DNA of 64,000 nt from Geopsychrobacteraceae bacterium (GCA_963662315.1 OY759353.1:64001-128000); one strand, 5' to 3'; counted from the stretch's first letter, positions 33,397 through 45,151 are shown. A program made the numbers and translations. Notes: generated by a model from the sequence alone, not told the origin.

Positions 33397-34158
33397 ATGC
33401 AAAAAACACAGCTTTTATTTCAGGGGGGAGATTCCTTCCTGCATCGTTTAGATCCCCGTGTCAAGTTGATCCTTGCGGGCGCTCTGGTGGGCTGTTTGTT
33501 TTCAAGCCTGGCGCCACTGCGACTCGGTTTGATCGCCGGAATCTGGGCTGTTGGTGCTCTGCTTGCCAGGCAGTCGGTTGTGCATGTGTGGCGAATATTC
33601 CGGCTGCTTAAATGGTTGTTGCTGTTTTCTTTACTGCTGCATCTTTTTTTTACTCCCGGACAGACGCTGTTCGGGGTGCGCTGGCTGAGCCTTGATGGTC
33701 TGGTGAATGGTCTGTGTGTCGACGCCCAGATTGTGCTGGCCGTGCTTATTTCGTTGTTGGTTTCGCTGACGACAAGCGCGGAGGATCTCAGTTCTGCATT
33801 GACCAGTGTTTTGTCTCCGCTGCGGATAGTGAAAGTACCGGTTCACGAAATCGGGGCCATGTGTACACTAGTGTTGTATTTTTTCCCTCTGTTGAAGGCT
33901 GAACTTCTTGCGTTAAAACCACGCAAGGGACGCTCCGGATTGCCAGTGCTGGCCAGGTTACGCGTTTGGTCTGAACAGCTGGAGCTGGTTTTGATGAAAC
34001 TTCTGGACCAGGGTGATCAGCTTGCCTGCGATATTGTTGCTCGTGAAGCGGCAGATCCGTCTTTTGATCGTGGCGTTGCCGTACGTCCTGTTGGTGTCAG
34101 GTCGCTGGTTGTCCTGTTTGGTGGCTTGTTGGTTGTGTTTCTGATGTGGCGGGTGTAA
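33397..34158 (+). CDS. Diverged EcfT/CbiQ-family transmembrane component
   Basis: DSFLHRLDPRVKL N-terminus, LFFTPG, LTTS, LSPLRIVKVPVHEIG; multiple TM helices. Confidence 0.75.
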   Translation: MQKTQLLFQGGDSFLHRLDPRVKLILAGALVGCLFSSLAPLRLGLIAGIWAVGALLARQSVVHVWRIFRLLKWLLLFSLLLHLFFTPGQTLFGVRWLSLDGLVNGLCVDAQIVLAVLISLLVSLTTSAEDLSSALTSVLSPLRIVKVPVHEIGAMCTLVLYFFPLLKAELLALKPRKGRSGLPVLARLRVWSEQLELVLMKLLDQGDQLACDIVAREAADPSFDRGVAVRPVGVRSLVVLFGGLLVVFLMWRV

Positions 34159-34161
34159 TTG

Positions 34162-34896
34162 ATGCCCAGGATTGTTTTAACCGTGTCCTATGATGGCAGT
34201 GCCTATGTCGGCTGGCAATGCCAGCCTAACGGAATCTCGGTCCAGCAACGTATTGAGGAAGCCGTTGAAAGGTTGAGTGGCTCTTTTCTGCGTCTGCATT
34301 CTTCTGGACGTACTGACGCAGGAGTCCACGCCCGGGGGATGGTCTGCCATTTCGATACTGACGCTGGTCTGCCGCTGACGGCATGGCGGGATGGTTTGAA
34401 CAGGTATCTGCCTGACGATATTGCTGTGCAGGATGCGCGCATTGCAGCCCCTGATTTTCATGCACGTTTTTCTTCAACCGGCAAGCTGTATCGCTATCAG
34501 ATTTTATCTGCGGCGGTACGTTCACCGTTGGAGCGCGGGCAGGCCTGGCATGTCAAGAAAGCCTTGGACCTTGACATGATGCGAACTGCAGCGGAGTTCT
34601 TTGTCGGTGAACACGATTACGCTTCATTTCGCACCACCGGTTGCGCGGCCAAAACTACAGTGCGGACTGTTTTCGGAGTCGACATACGCGTGCTTGGCCA
34701 GGTGGTCCAGATTGATGTTCATGGTAGCGGTTTTCTCAAAAATATGGTACGGATGATGGTTGGTACTCTGGTGGAGGTCGGTCTCGGCAAACGCTCCGCA
34801 GAGGATGTTGCCACACTGCTTTCCCGACCCGGGTCAGTCCGTCCCGCATTGACCGCTCCGGCCCATGGGCTATGTCTAATCAAGGTTTTTTACTGA
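34162..34896 (+). CDS. truA: tRNA pseudouridine(38-40) synthase
   Basis: YDGSAYVGWQ, SGRTDAGVHA, FHARFS, GFLKNMVR. Confidence 0.97.
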   Translation: MPRIVLTVSYDGSAYVGWQCQPNGISVQQRIEEAVERLSGSFLRLHSSGRTDAGVHARGMVCHFDTDAGLPLTAWRDGLNRYLPDDIAVQDARIAAPDFHARFSSTGKLYRYQILSAAVRSPLERGQAWHVKKALDLDMMRTAAEFFVGEHDYASFRTTGCAAKTTVRTVFGVDIRVLGQVVQIDVHGSGFLKNMVRMMVGTLVEVGLGKRSAEDVATLLSRPGSVRPALTAPAHGLCLIKVFY

Positions 34897-34965
34897 AATC
34901 GATGGCGGGGTGAGGGGGGAAATATTGGCCTGACGAAAGGCGGGAAAATTTGTTGAGAAAATGTC

Positions 34966-34994
34966 TTGACAGATAGGTCTTTGTCAGATAAGTT
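34966..34994 (+). promoter_or_regulatory. sigma70 promoter of rplM-rpsI
   Basis: TTGACA-N17-TAAGTT. Confidence 0.65.
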
Positions 34995-35049
34995 TACCGC
35001 TTTGTGAGCCCCACAACCCTTTAGAGATAGATGTTTGGAGAGGAATGCG

Positions 35050-35478
35050 ATGAGTACTCAAGTCGCTAAAGAGCATGAAGTTGTAAGAGACTGGTTTGTT
35101 GTCGATCTGGAGGATGTTGTTCTCGGTCGAGCAGCGACTGAAATCGCCCGTGTTTTGCGTGGCAAGCATAAGGCAATTTACACCCCAAGTGTTGACACCG
35201 GTGATTTTGTTATCGTTGTCAATGCCGACAAACTCAAGCTGACCGGTAACAAACTGGCTGATAAGAAGTACTATCGTCATACCGGGTTTCCAGGTGGGAT
35301 TCGCGAGATTACCGCTGAGAAGTTGCTTGATAAAAAGCCGGAAATGCTGATTCAGGCTGCTGTTAAAGGAATGCTGCCCAAGAATAAGCTGGGTCGTAAA
35401 ATGTTTAGTAAACTTAAGGTTTATGCCGGAGGCGAACATCCTCATGCCGCCCAGCAACCTAAAGAACTGAAGTTTTAA
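35050..35478 (+). CDS. rplM: 50S ribosomal protein L13
   Basis: [46 protein letters not shown]. Confidence 0.99.
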   Translation: MSTQVAKEHEVVRDWFVVDLEDVVLGRAATEIARVLRGKHKAIYTPSVDTGDFVIVVNADKLKLTGNKLADKKYYRHTGFPGGIREITAEKLLDKKPEMLIQAAVKGMLPKNKLGRKMFSKLKVYAGGEHPHAAQQPKELKF

Positions 35479-35494
35479 TCAGGGAGATATTTAG

Positions 35495-35887
35495 ATGGCT
35501 GAGCAGAAGTTTTATGCCACTGGCAAAAGAAAAACCTCGATCGCCCGTGTCTGGTTGAAACCAGGTTCAGGTGAAATTGTTGTCAATAAGCGTCCTCTGG
35601 ATGTCTTTTTTGGCCGTGAAACCTCCAAGATGGTTGTCCGCCAGCCTTTGGAATTGACCAATAACTCCGGCAAATTTGACATTTTTGTTAATGTTGCTGG
35701 TGGTGGTGCTTCCGGTCAGGCTGGTGCTATCAAGCACGGTATTACCAAGGCCTTGCTTGAGGTTGATCCGGAATTGCGTGCGGTTCTGAAAAAAGCGGGT
35801 TTCATTACTCGTGACAGCCGTGTTAAAGAACGTAAGAAATACGGTCGTGCAGCTGCTCGCCGGAGTTTCCAGTTCTCCAAACGTTAA
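35495..35887 (+). CDS. rpsI: 30S ribosomal protein S9
   Basis: [33 protein letters not shown]. Confidence 0.99.
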   Translation: MAEQKFYATGKRKTSIARVWLKPGSGEIVVNKRPLDVFFGRETSKMVVRQPLELTNNSGKFDIFVNVAGGGASGQAGAIKHGITKALLEVDPELRAVLKKAGFITRDSRVKERKKYGRAAARRSFQFSKR

Positions 35888-35923
35888 TTGTTTCGACAAT
35901 TTCTGTTTGTACACAGGTTTATC

Positions 35924-35956
35924 AAAAGGGAAATCCGCAAGGGTTTCCCTTTTTTT
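35924..35956 (+). terminator. Intrinsic terminator after rpsI
   Basis: AAAAGGGAAATCC-gcaa-GGGTTTCCCTTTTTTT. Confidence 0.88.
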
Positions 35957-36054
35957 ATCTTCAGGTGTAATTTGGGGTCTGTTCAGCGCCAGTTTTGGAT
36001 CTGTTATTGATCCCTGGCAGCTTGGCCATCTTTTCGAAGTATGCGGAGATTATT

Positions 36055-37092
36055 ATGATCAATGTTTCAGTTATCGGCGCAAGTGGGTATACCGGGGTTG
36101 AACTGCTGAGGCTCCTGGTTAATCATCCGCAGGTTAATATCGTCAGTGTGACATCGAGGCAGCATGAGGGGGCCCCAATCAGCAAGGCGTTCCCTTCGTT
36201 AAGCGGATTCTGCGATCTGGTCTGTGAAGTATTGGATGTTCAGGCTATTGCAGCCAAGTCGGATCTCGTATTTACAGCGTTACCGCATAAATCTGCCATG
36301 GAAGTCATTCCAGATTTTCTGGCTGCGGGCTGTAAGGTTGTTGATCTGTCTGCGGATTATCGGCTGCGTGATAAAGATGTCTATGAAAAATGGTATCAGG
36401 AGCATACCAGTCCTGCTTTGTTGGCTGAAGCTGTTTACGGATTGCCCGAACGGTATCGTTCTGCGATAGAGAGCGCCCGTTTGGTAGCCAATCCTGGGTG
36501 CTATCCTACGACAGTTATTCTTGGTCTGCTGCCGCTTCTCGAGCAGAAACTGATCGATCCTGAAACACTTATCATTGATAGTAAATCGGGAACCAGCGGT
36601 GCCGGACGCGGTGCGAAACAGGGGAGCCTGTTTTGTGAGGTTAATGAGGGATTTAAGGCCTATGGTGTCGCCAACCATCGACATACTCCTGAAATTGAGC
36701 AGGAATTGTCCAGTGTTTTCGGCGCCCCGGTACTGGTTAATTTTACACCCCATTTGTTACCAATAAACCGCGGTATGTTGTCAACCTGTTACGCCAAGGT
36801 GACTGACGTTACCAGCACAGATGCACTGCTTAAGCTCTATCGGGACCGTTATGCCGGAGACCCCTGCATACGGATTATGCCTGGCGGGGAGCTGCCTAAT
36901 ATTGCTTACGTACAAGGAACCAATCTGTGTGATATCGGTCTTGTTTACGATCAGAGGACTCAGCGGGTGATTGTTGTCAGTGTTATTGATAATCTGGTCA
37001 AGGGCGCATCTGGTCAAGCGGTCCAGAATATGAATATCATGTGTGGCTTTGATGAATTGCTTGGTTTGGGGATTTTACCGACTTTCCCTTAG
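36055..37092 (+). CDS. argC: N-acetyl-gamma-glutamyl-phosphate reductase
   Basis: [54 protein letters not shown]. Confidence 0.97.
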   Translation: MINVSVIGASGYTGVELLRLLVNHPQVNIVSVTSRQHEGAPISKAFPSLSGFCDLVCEVLDVQAIAAKSDLVFTALPHKSAMEVIPDFLAAGCKVVDLSADYRLRDKDVYEKWYQEHTSPALLAEAVYGLPERYRSAIESARLVANPGCYPTTVILGLLPLLEQKLIDPETLIIDSKSGTSGAGRGAKQGSLFCEVNEGFKAYGVANHRHTPEIEQELSSVFGAPVLVNFTPHLLPINRGMLSTCYAKVTDVTSTDALLKLYRDRYAGDPCIRIMPGGELPNIAYVQGTNLCDIGLVYDQRTQRVIVVSVIDNLVKGASGQAVQNMNIMCGFDELLGLGILPTFP

Positions 37093-37154
37093 GCCGGAAA
37101 TAGAGTACTCTACCCCGTTAAGATTCGTTCTTGATTTGATTTGTGGTGGTGTTT

Positions 37155-39251
37155 ATGTCCAAGTTCCGACAGAATCTACAGAGCTGTCAAATTGTTGAAG
37201 AACTGTCCAGTAATGACGGATTTGTTTCTTATCGGGTCAGTTGTCCTGATCATGGCATCTGTCGGTTGCTGCTGGCGCATCCTCATGCACGTCTGGCAGT
37301 TAAAGGGGCCACTGGCTTTTTTGAACGGGCTGAAACACTCGCTCAGCTTGAACTGCCCGGGGTCGCCACCATCATTGATGCCGGCTATTATCAGGAACGC
37401 GTTGCGTGCTTATTGCCTTTATGTGATGGCGTGCCCTTGTACGACTTTGTCGCAATGCCGGGTACTGTCGGTGATGTCCTTGGGCTGCTTCGCGCCATTG
37501 TTGAAAACCTTTCCGTTGCTCATGCCCATGGCGTTTGCCATGGCAATCTGACACCTCCCCTTATTGTGGTGAATGAGGACAAACAGCCGCTCTTATGTGA
37601 CTTTGCTTTGTCTCAGTTGTTCGTTCTCGATTATATCAGCGGTGTCGACCCTCGCTACTGCAGTCCTGAACAGGTCAGGGGAGAGGTTGCAACACCTGCT
37701 TCTGATATTTACAATCTGGGCTGCATTTTATACCGTCTGCTGAGCGGACATCCGCCTTATCATGGAAAAAACAACTTTTCCATCGCAACCAGGCACTTGG
37801 AGGGGGATTTCCCTGCACTGCCGGAACCGTTCCTGAAATGTGCTGATCTTCTGTCAGCTATGGTCAAGCTGATCCCTTCCCAGCGCAGCACCGCCGAGGA
37901 AGTCTTGAGTGGGATGACTCGTTTGCTTGCTGATAAGGAATTTGTTCAGGTTCACTGCCAGGGCCCGGAAGCGGAATCAATAGCAGATTTTTCTGCTGAT
38001 AGTGCCACTGAAGCAGAAGCCGGTTCTTCGACGTTGTCTTCCATTTCATCCAAAGTTGAAGCTTTACTTAAGGAACAGAAATTTGACTTTTCTGAACCTG
38101 AGCCCTTGGCTTCGGCAGGCAAGCCAGAAGTTGTTGCTGCCCCGGGCAGAGATGAGCATCGGGCGAAAACTGGTGAGGGCAGGCGCTATTTTATTCTGTT
38201 TCTGGTGGGTATTATTGTCGGAATGTCTGCCTTTCTTGGCTATTCCTATTATCTTGATGCCCGGTCCACGGTCAAACCGGCGGGCGGAGGGATGGTGCTA
38301 GATGTCAACCGTCTGGATGGGGCGCTTAAGGCGTGGCAGGACCATGACTTTGAGCGCGCTAAACAGGACCTGAATGTCTTGGTTGGGGAGTTTCCCCAAG
38401 ATCCTCGTGCTTACAATAACCTGGCTGCGGTATACGCCGCCCGGGGTGATCTTGAGCAAGCACGGATATTGCTTGAACGCGGACTTGCTACGAATTCGGA
38501 GTATGCTACGCTTCATCAGAATCTTGGTGCTGTTTACGCTGAAATGGCGCGTGAGTCTTATGGCAAGGCATTGCAGTTGAATGCTTCGGAGAAAAAACTG
38601 CCGATTCAGGTGTTTTCAAGCCAGGGTTTACTGCTTCTGAAACGCAAGGACGATGCTGCTACTTTGCCCTCCGTAGCTGTATCTGAGGATGCTGACCGCA
38701 TTCTAGAGCCGTCTTTAGATGCTGAGCAGCAGACAGTTTCAGGGGGGGCTGGTACAGATAGTGCTGCGCCCCAGATTGAGAATAAGCCGCTTGCTGATGT
38801 CGCTAAAGATATGGAAACGGCCTCATCTCCTGATGCCCCGTCTGCTACCGAGCAACCTTCCGCTAGTGCGACCTCCGAAGTCGCTGAAGCACCTGTTTTC
38901 GAATCGTATCAAATCCAGGAATTTCTTGAGAATTGGGCGGCCTCCTGGGCTGCACATAATGTGGAACGCTATTTAGCATGTTACAGCGACCGCTTTGAGC
39001 CCTCTGGAGGGCTTGCGCGGAGCGCCTGGGAAGCTCAGCGGCGTCGGCGGCTTCAGGCCCCTGGCGCTATTGAGATCAGCCTGTCTGAATATCAGATTCA
39101 GAAAGAGGCTGATGGTGAATATGTTGTAGACGTTCTGCAGTCTTATAATAGCCAACGCTACAGCGATATAACGCGTAAACAGTTTGTTCTGGTTGTTGAT
39201 GGTGATGTTCTTAAGATCATCCGTGAGTATGCTCTGGAGATTGTGCGTTGA
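37155..39251 (+). CDS. Ser/Thr kinase-like (probable pseudokinase) - TM - TPR - NTF2-like (Csd6 C-terminal type) protein
   Basis: Kinase C-lobe motifs YCSPEQ, SDIYNLGCILYRLLSGHPPY; central TM; TPR AYNNLAAVY; C-terminal WAASW...YLACYS...W..QRRRRL. Confidence 0.75.
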   Translation: MSKFRQNLQSCQIVEELSSNDGFVSYRVSCPDHGICRLLLAHPHARLAVKGATGFFERAETLAQLELPGVATIIDAGYYQERVACLLPLCDGVPLYDFVAMPGTVGDVLGLLRAIVENLSVAHAHGVCHGNLTPPLIVVNEDKQPLLCDFALSQLFVLDYISGVDPRYCSPEQVRGEVATPASDIYNLGCILYRLLSGHPPYHGKNNFSIATRHLEGDFPALPEPFLKCADLLSAMVKLIPSQRSTAEEVLSGMTRLLADKEFVQVHCQGPEAESIADFSADSATEAEAGSSTLSSISSKVEALLKEQKFDFSEPEPLASAGKPEVVAAPGRDEHRAKTGEGRRYFILFLVGIIVGMSAFLGYSYYLDARSTVKPAGGGMVLDVNRLDGALKAWQDHDFERAKQDLNVLVGEFPQDPRAYNNLAAVYAARGDLEQARILLERGLATNSEYATLHQNLGAVYAEMARESYGKALQLNASEKKLPIQVFSSQGLLLLKRKDDAATLPSVAVSEDADRILEPSLDAEQQTVSGGAGTDSAAPQIENKPLADVAKDMETASSPDAPSATEQPSASATSEVAEAPVFESYQIQEFLENWAASWAAHNVERYLACYSDRFEPSGGLARSAWEAQRRRRLQAPGAIEISLSEYQIQKEADGEYVVDVLQSYNSQRYSDITRKQFVLVVDGDVLKIIREYALEIVR

Positions 39252-40579
39252 AGCCCAGGCGCCTGTTGTTTTCTATTTTTCTGATCGCTGCCATCGGTTT
39301 CAGTGCCGTTAAGGTGGGGGCATTGTTGCCTCAGGCTTCATCGGCGGATATTCAGCTTGCTCTTCTGAAGGCGAGCCAGCCTGTCACTGGTGAGCTTCCT
39401 GGTGATCCCGAAATCGACCCTCTTAATGCCCGTCTTGATGAAAATCCCAATGATTTTGAAGCACGTTTGCTCAAGGGGTTGCTTCTGTTTCAAAAGGGGG
39501 CATTACCAGCCGCCATCGACGAACTGACCGATCTGGTCGATCGGGCACCCAGTTTTCAGTTGGCTCATCTGGTTCTGGGAGACTTGCTTATTGCACGTTA
39601 TGGGCGTTTTGAGCCGTTACGGGCCGATCGTCTCGGAACGGTACTTGATGGGTCGTATAAGCAGCAAATGGATCAATTGCAGAGTGAAGCAATAGCTCGC
39701 TTGCAGGGTTATCTGTCTTTAGTGGGTAATCGTGCGGTGCCTGAAGCGCTTCTATCTTTAAGCACTGAAACCCGCTATGCGTTGGTCGTGGATAAAAGTA
39801 AAAACCGACTCTATGTCTTTTACAACTCCGGAACTGGTTTGCCACCGACTCTGGTTGATCACTTCTATATCGTTCTGGGTAAGGTTTCTGGAGATAAGGA
39901 GACGGAGGGTGATCTGAAGACTCCCAACGGCGTCTATTTTGTCACCAGTTATCTTGCTGATGAGCAGTTGCCGCCTCTTTATGGTGTAGGAGCCTTTCCG
40001 GTTAATTATCCGAATGAGCTTGATCTGCGGTTGAAAAAAACCGGTCGCGGCATCTGGTTGCATGGCACCGACAAGTCATTATACAGCCGCCCTCCCTTAG
40101 ATAGTGAAGGGTGCGTCGTCTTAACCAACGATGAATTTGACGAAATTACGCAATATGTAGAGGTTGGAAGGACTCCCGTTATTATCAGTAATAAGGTGGA
40201 CTGGGTGTCCCGTCAGCAATGGCTGAACCAAAATATTGAGATTCAGGCTGCCCTTGAAACCTGGCGCCAGCGCTGGGAAAGTTCCGATATCGGGAACTAC
40301 CTGCAGTTTTATTCGGACCGTTTCTGGAGCGATCAATATGAGCTGGGGAGTTGGAAAGAATATAAAAAACAGGTTTTTGCCAGCAAAACATTTCAGAAAA
40401 TAGACATTACGGATTTATCTCTTCTTGCTTATCCGCGTGCTGTAACGCAGCCTCCCATGGTTGTCGCAAACTTTGTCCAGCATTACCGATCCAATAACTA
40501 TAATGGCGATATGCGGAAACGTTTGTATCTGGTTAAGGATGATAATAATTGGAAGATTCTTTATGAGGGGTCTCAATAA
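39248..40579 (+). CDS. L,D-transpeptidase/carboxypeptidase (YkuD domain, Csd6-like) with N-terminal TPR and C-terminal NTF2-like domain
   Basis: VVDKSKNRL, GDKETEGDLKTPNGVY, NYPNELD, IWLHGT...SEGCVVL (His/Cys); TTGA overlap with upstream gene. Confidence 0.88.
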   Translation: MKPRRLLFSIFLIAAIGFSAVKVGALLPQASSADIQLALLKASQPVTGELPGDPEIDPLNARLDENPNDFEARLLKGLLLFQKGALPAAIDELTDLVDRAPSFQLAHLVLGDLLIARYGRFEPLRADRLGTVLDGSYKQQMDQLQSEAIARLQGYLSLVGNRAVPEALLSLSTETRYALVVDKSKNRLYVFYNSGTGLPPTLVDHFYIVLGKVSGDKETEGDLKTPNGVYFVTSYLADEQLPPLYGVGAFPVNYPNELDLRLKKTGRGIWLHGTDKSLYSRPPLDSEGCVVLTNDEFDEITQYVEVGRTPVIISNKVDWVSRQQWLNQNIEIQAALETWRQRWESSDIGNYLQFYSDRFWSDQYELGSWKEYKKQVFASKTFQKIDITDLSLLAYPRAVTQPPMVVANFVQHYRSNNYNGDMRKRLYLVKDDNNWKILYEGSQ

Positions 40580-40776
40580 GACGAAGTTGAGGCATTGAGG
40601 CGTTGCAGCAGGGTTGCCGGATCAAGGTGGTAACGCTGCCCGATCTCTTCAATGCTGGCAAAGAGCATTTCGCAGCAGACACAACTTCCAATTTCCGCCT
40701 CAATGTCTCTGACGACCTCCAGGGTCCGTGGATGACGGTCGAGAATATCAAGGAGTATATCCGTTTTTCTGATCAT
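40573..40776 (-). CDS. Small DUF1858-like Cys-containing protein
   Basis: ILDRHPRTLEV...CVCCEMLFASIEEIGQRYHLDPATLLQRLN; GGAG RBS. Confidence 0.65.
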   Translation of the reverse strand: MIRKTDILLDILDRHPRTLEVVRDIEAEIGSCVCCEMLFASIEEIGQRYHLDPATLLQRLNASTSSY

Positions 40777-40948
40777 CTTGGTCTCCGGTTTCTGATGCGT
40801 CGTGCGAGGAAAGATTAGCATGATAAATGCCGCATACCAAGGGGCTTTTCAGGGGGGAGAGCGCTTACCTTCGGCAGAGTAAAATATTTGACATTGGAGG
40901 TCTTCTGTGATCTTCTAGAGCGCTGTTTGAGGGAGATGGAAAGACCAG

Positions 40949-41983
40949 ATGCAGTTAAGCGATTTTGATTATGACCTGCCGGAACATTTAATTGCCCAGG
41001 AGCCAACGGCTTGCCGAGATGGGGCCAGAATGATGGTTCTTGATCGACAGGATCAGCAGGTTATTGATACCGATTTCCGCACTATCTCAGATTATTTTCG
41101 GTCGGGGGACGTGCTGGTATGTAACGATACCAAGGTCATCCCGGCACGCTTGCTGGGTGCTAAAACGACCGGCGGAAAGGTTGAGATATTTTTGGTTCGC
41201 CGAGAGGTTGGATGCACTGATGAAATCTGGCTGTGTCTGACGAAAAGCTCTAAAACGATCCGTCCGGGAACAGTCGTCCGGATTTCGGCCGATCTTAGCG
41301 CTGAAGTGCTTGATGAAGCTGCAGCGCCATACCGTCGGGTCAAGTTTATGGCGGTTGGTGATTTTCTTGAACAGATTGAAAAAATCGGGCATCTGCCTTT
41401 GCCTCCTTATATCAAACGGCCTGATGCCAGTGTTGATCGCCAGCGTTACCAGACGGTATTTGCCCGGGAAAAAGGCGCCGTTGCCGCACCGACCGCCGGA
41501 CTTCATTTTACCAAAGAGGTCTTGGCTAAGTTGCAGGCTGCTGGCGTTATCATCGCCCCTTTAACCCTGCATGTCGGGTTGGGAACTTTTTTGCCGGTCA
41601 GAGTTGATAATATTCTTGAACATAAGATGCACTCTGAACTTTACCATGTTCCGGAAACCACTGCCGCACTGGTGAATCAGGCCCGTCAGCGGGGAGGACG
41701 CGTGATTGCCCTGGGGACCACTAGTGCCAGGGCGCTGGAGACGGCTGCAGCTGCGTCCGGCCAGTTGCAAGGCGGGTCAGGGGACAGTGATATTTTTATC
41801 TATCCCGGTTACCCGTTTAAAATTGTTGATGGATTGGTAACAAATTTTCATTTGCCTAAATCGACATTGTTGATGTTAGTATCAGCTTTTGCCGGTAAAA
41901 ATTTTATTCTGTCTGCATATCGCCAGGCTGTAGCAAACGAATATCGTTTCTTCAGTTATGGTGATTGTATGCTTATTCTGTGA
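40949..41983 (+). CDS. queA: S-adenosylmethionine:tRNA ribosyltransferase-isomerase
   Basis: FDYDLPEHLIAQEP, NDTKVIPARL, PLPPYI, AAPTAGLHF, TNFHLPKSTL, YRFFSYGD. Confidence 0.98.
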   Translation: MQLSDFDYDLPEHLIAQEPTACRDGARMMVLDRQDQQVIDTDFRTISDYFRSGDVLVCNDTKVIPARLLGAKTTGGKVEIFLVRREVGCTDEIWLCLTKSSKTIRPGTVVRISADLSAEVLDEAAAPYRRVKFMAVGDFLEQIEKIGHLPLPPYIKRPDASVDRQRYQTVFAREKGAVAAPTAGLHFTKEVLAKLQAAGVIIAPLTLHVGLGTFLPVRVDNILEHKMHSELYHVPETTAALVNQARQRGGRVIALGTTSARALETAAAASGQLQGGSGDSDIFIYPGYPFKIVDGLVTNFHLPKSTLLMLVSAFAGKNFILSAYRQAVANEYRFFSYGDCMLIL

Positions 41984-43111
<1,128 letters not shown>

Positions 43112-43168
43112 AAGGGTTTGCGAAAAAAACTATTCGTTCATTATATTTCAAACCTTAGGGAGGCTTTT

Positions 43169-43477
43169 ATGGCAACACAAGCATTTGCAATGGCGGGAGC
43201 TGGCGCAGCACAGGGTCAAAGTGGTTACGAGGGTATTATTATGCTGGTGGCGATGTTTGCCATTTTTTACTTCTTACTCATCCGTCCCCAGCAAAAACGT
43301 GCTAAGCAACATAAAGAACTGATTGGCAATGTTAAATCTGGTGATACTATCGTCACGGCTGGCGGTATTCACGGCAAGATTGCCAATGTTGACGACCTGA
43401 CCATCACTCTCGAAGTGGCCACAGGTGTTAAAATCAAGATGAACCGTTCTTCCATCAGCGAAGTCAAAAAATCCTGA
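43169..43477 (+). CDS. yajC: Preprotein translocase subunit YajC
   Basis: FYFLLIRPQQKR, GDTIVTAGGIHG; GGGAGG RBS. Confidence 0.96.
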   Translation: MATQAFAMAGAGAAQGQSGYEGIIMLVAMFAIFYFLLIRPQQKRAKQHKELIGNVKSGDTIVTAGGIHGKIANVDDLTITLEVATGVKIKMNRSSISEVKKS

Positions 43478-43536
43478 TTTATGTTGTCGATTCTACCTTC
43501 CGATGTTTCTTGCGTATATAGGGAGATACAACACAG

Positions 43537-45135
43537 ATGTCCAATAGTCTAAAATTCAGGGGCGTTCTCGTTATCCTCTGCCTGCTACTGTCAGTTTTTG
43601 CCATCGCCCCGACACTGATGCGCGGACAGTTGCCACAATGGTGGACCAACACTTTTGGTCCGATTCAGCTCGGGCTGGACCTTCAGGGCGGGATGCACCT
43701 TGTACTGGGGGTCGATGTTGAAAAAGCCGTAGAAAGCCGCATCGATACGATTATTGATCAGGCCGAGGCTCAGCTACGTGAAAAAGACATTGTTTTCAAG
43801 CGTATCGAACGGCGCCAGGGAGACCGTGTCGTCGTGCTGGTTTATGATGCTGAAGAAGGGGCTAAGGTTGATGCCCTGTTCGCCGAGGATTATCCTGCTC
43901 TTGAGGCGGAAACATTCAACGGAGCCGGTGGCTACATTGAGAAGCATTACCGGTTGAGCGATAACGAAATCAGTAATATTGAAGATTACGCGGTACGCCA
44001 GGCCCTTGAAACCATGCGCAACCGGGTTGACCAGTTCGGGGTCAGTGAGCCGACGCTGCAGCGTCAGAGCGATAATCGCATCCTTATCCAGTTGCCAGGG
44101 GTGGAAGATCCTGATCGCGCTATTGCTCTGCTCGGTAAAACCGCACGACTTGAGTTTAAACTGGTCGACGAAAATGCCAATGTCCAGGATGCCGTGGCTG
44201 GTAAGCTTGCTCCGGGTACTCAACTTCTTTATGAGCGCAACGTCAATAAAAAGACGGGCAGCGTTGCTGAAACACCACTGGTCGTTCATGATAAAACGGT
44301 TCTGACCGGTGATCTTCTGGCCGATGCCAATGTCCGTATCGATACCAGATTCAATGAGCCTTATGTCGCCATCGATTTTAATGCGGTGGGGGCCAAGCGC
44401 TTTGATCAGATCACAGCGGCTAATGTTGGCAAGCGGATGGCTATTGTACTTGACGATACGATTTATTCGGCACCTGTCATTCGTGAACGGATCTCCGGCG
44501 GCAGTGCCCAGATTTCCGGATCCTTCACGTCTCAGGAAGCAACCGATCTGGCGATCGTTCTGCGTGCCGGGTCCCTGCCTGCTCCGGTTAAGATTCTTGA
44601 AAACCGTACGGTAGGACCGTCTTTAGGGCAGGATTCAATTGACCGGGGGATCAGGTCGATCTGGGTCGGTGCTCTGCTTGTTGTCATTGCGATGATTATC
44701 TACTACCAGCTTTCTGGTGTTGTCGCAGTTATTGCTCTGATCCTGAATATCGTTTTTATCACGGCAATGTTGTCCATGTTTGGTGCAACCCTGACCCTGC
44801 CGGGTCTTGCTGGTATCGTTTTGACCGTTGGTATGGCGGTTGATGCGAACGTCCTGATTTTTGAACGCATCCGTGAAGAGATTCGCCTGGGGCGGGCACC
44901 TAAGCTTGCTCTTGATTCCGGTTACAGTAAGGCGTTTTTGACCATCATTGACGCCAACCTGACGACGTTGCTAGCGGCGCTGGTACTGTTCCAGTTCGGG
45001 ACCGGGCCGGTTCGTGGTTTTGCTGTTACCTTGTCAATCGGTATTGTCGCTTCATTGTTTACGGCAATCTTTGTCTCCAGAGTTATTTTTGACCTTTACC
45101 TGAAAGGCCGCGACATCAAGCGGCTGAGTATATAA
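43537..45135 (+). CDS. secD: Protein translocase subunit SecD
   Basis: LGLDLQGG, RNRVDQFGVSEP, GMAVDANVLIFERIREE. Confidence 0.98.
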   Translation: MSNSLKFRGVLVILCLLLSVFAIAPTLMRGQLPQWWTNTFGPIQLGLDLQGGMHLVLGVDVEKAVESRIDTIIDQAEAQLREKDIVFKRIERRQGDRVVVLVYDAEEGAKVDALFAEDYPALEAETFNGAGGYIEKHYRLSDNEISNIEDYAVRQALETMRNRVDQFGVSEPTLQRQSDNRILIQLPGVEDPDRAIALLGKTARLEFKLVDENANVQDAVAGKLAPGTQLLYERNVNKKTGSVAETPLVVHDKTVLTGDLLADANVRIDTRFNEPYVAIDFNAVGAKRFDQITAANVGKRMAIVLDDTIYSAPVIRERISGGSAQISGSFTSQEATDLAIVLRAGSLPAPVKILENRTVGPSLGQDSIDRGIRSIWVGALLVVIAMIIYYQLSGVVAVIALILNIVFITAMLSMFGATLTLPGLAGIVLTVGMAVDANVLIFERIREEIRLGRAPKLALDSGYSKAFLTIIDANLTTLLAALVLFQFGTGPVRGFAVTLSIGIVASLFTAIFVSRVIFDLYLKGRDIKRLSI

Positions 45136-45151
45136 GAGGAGGCTTAACGGC

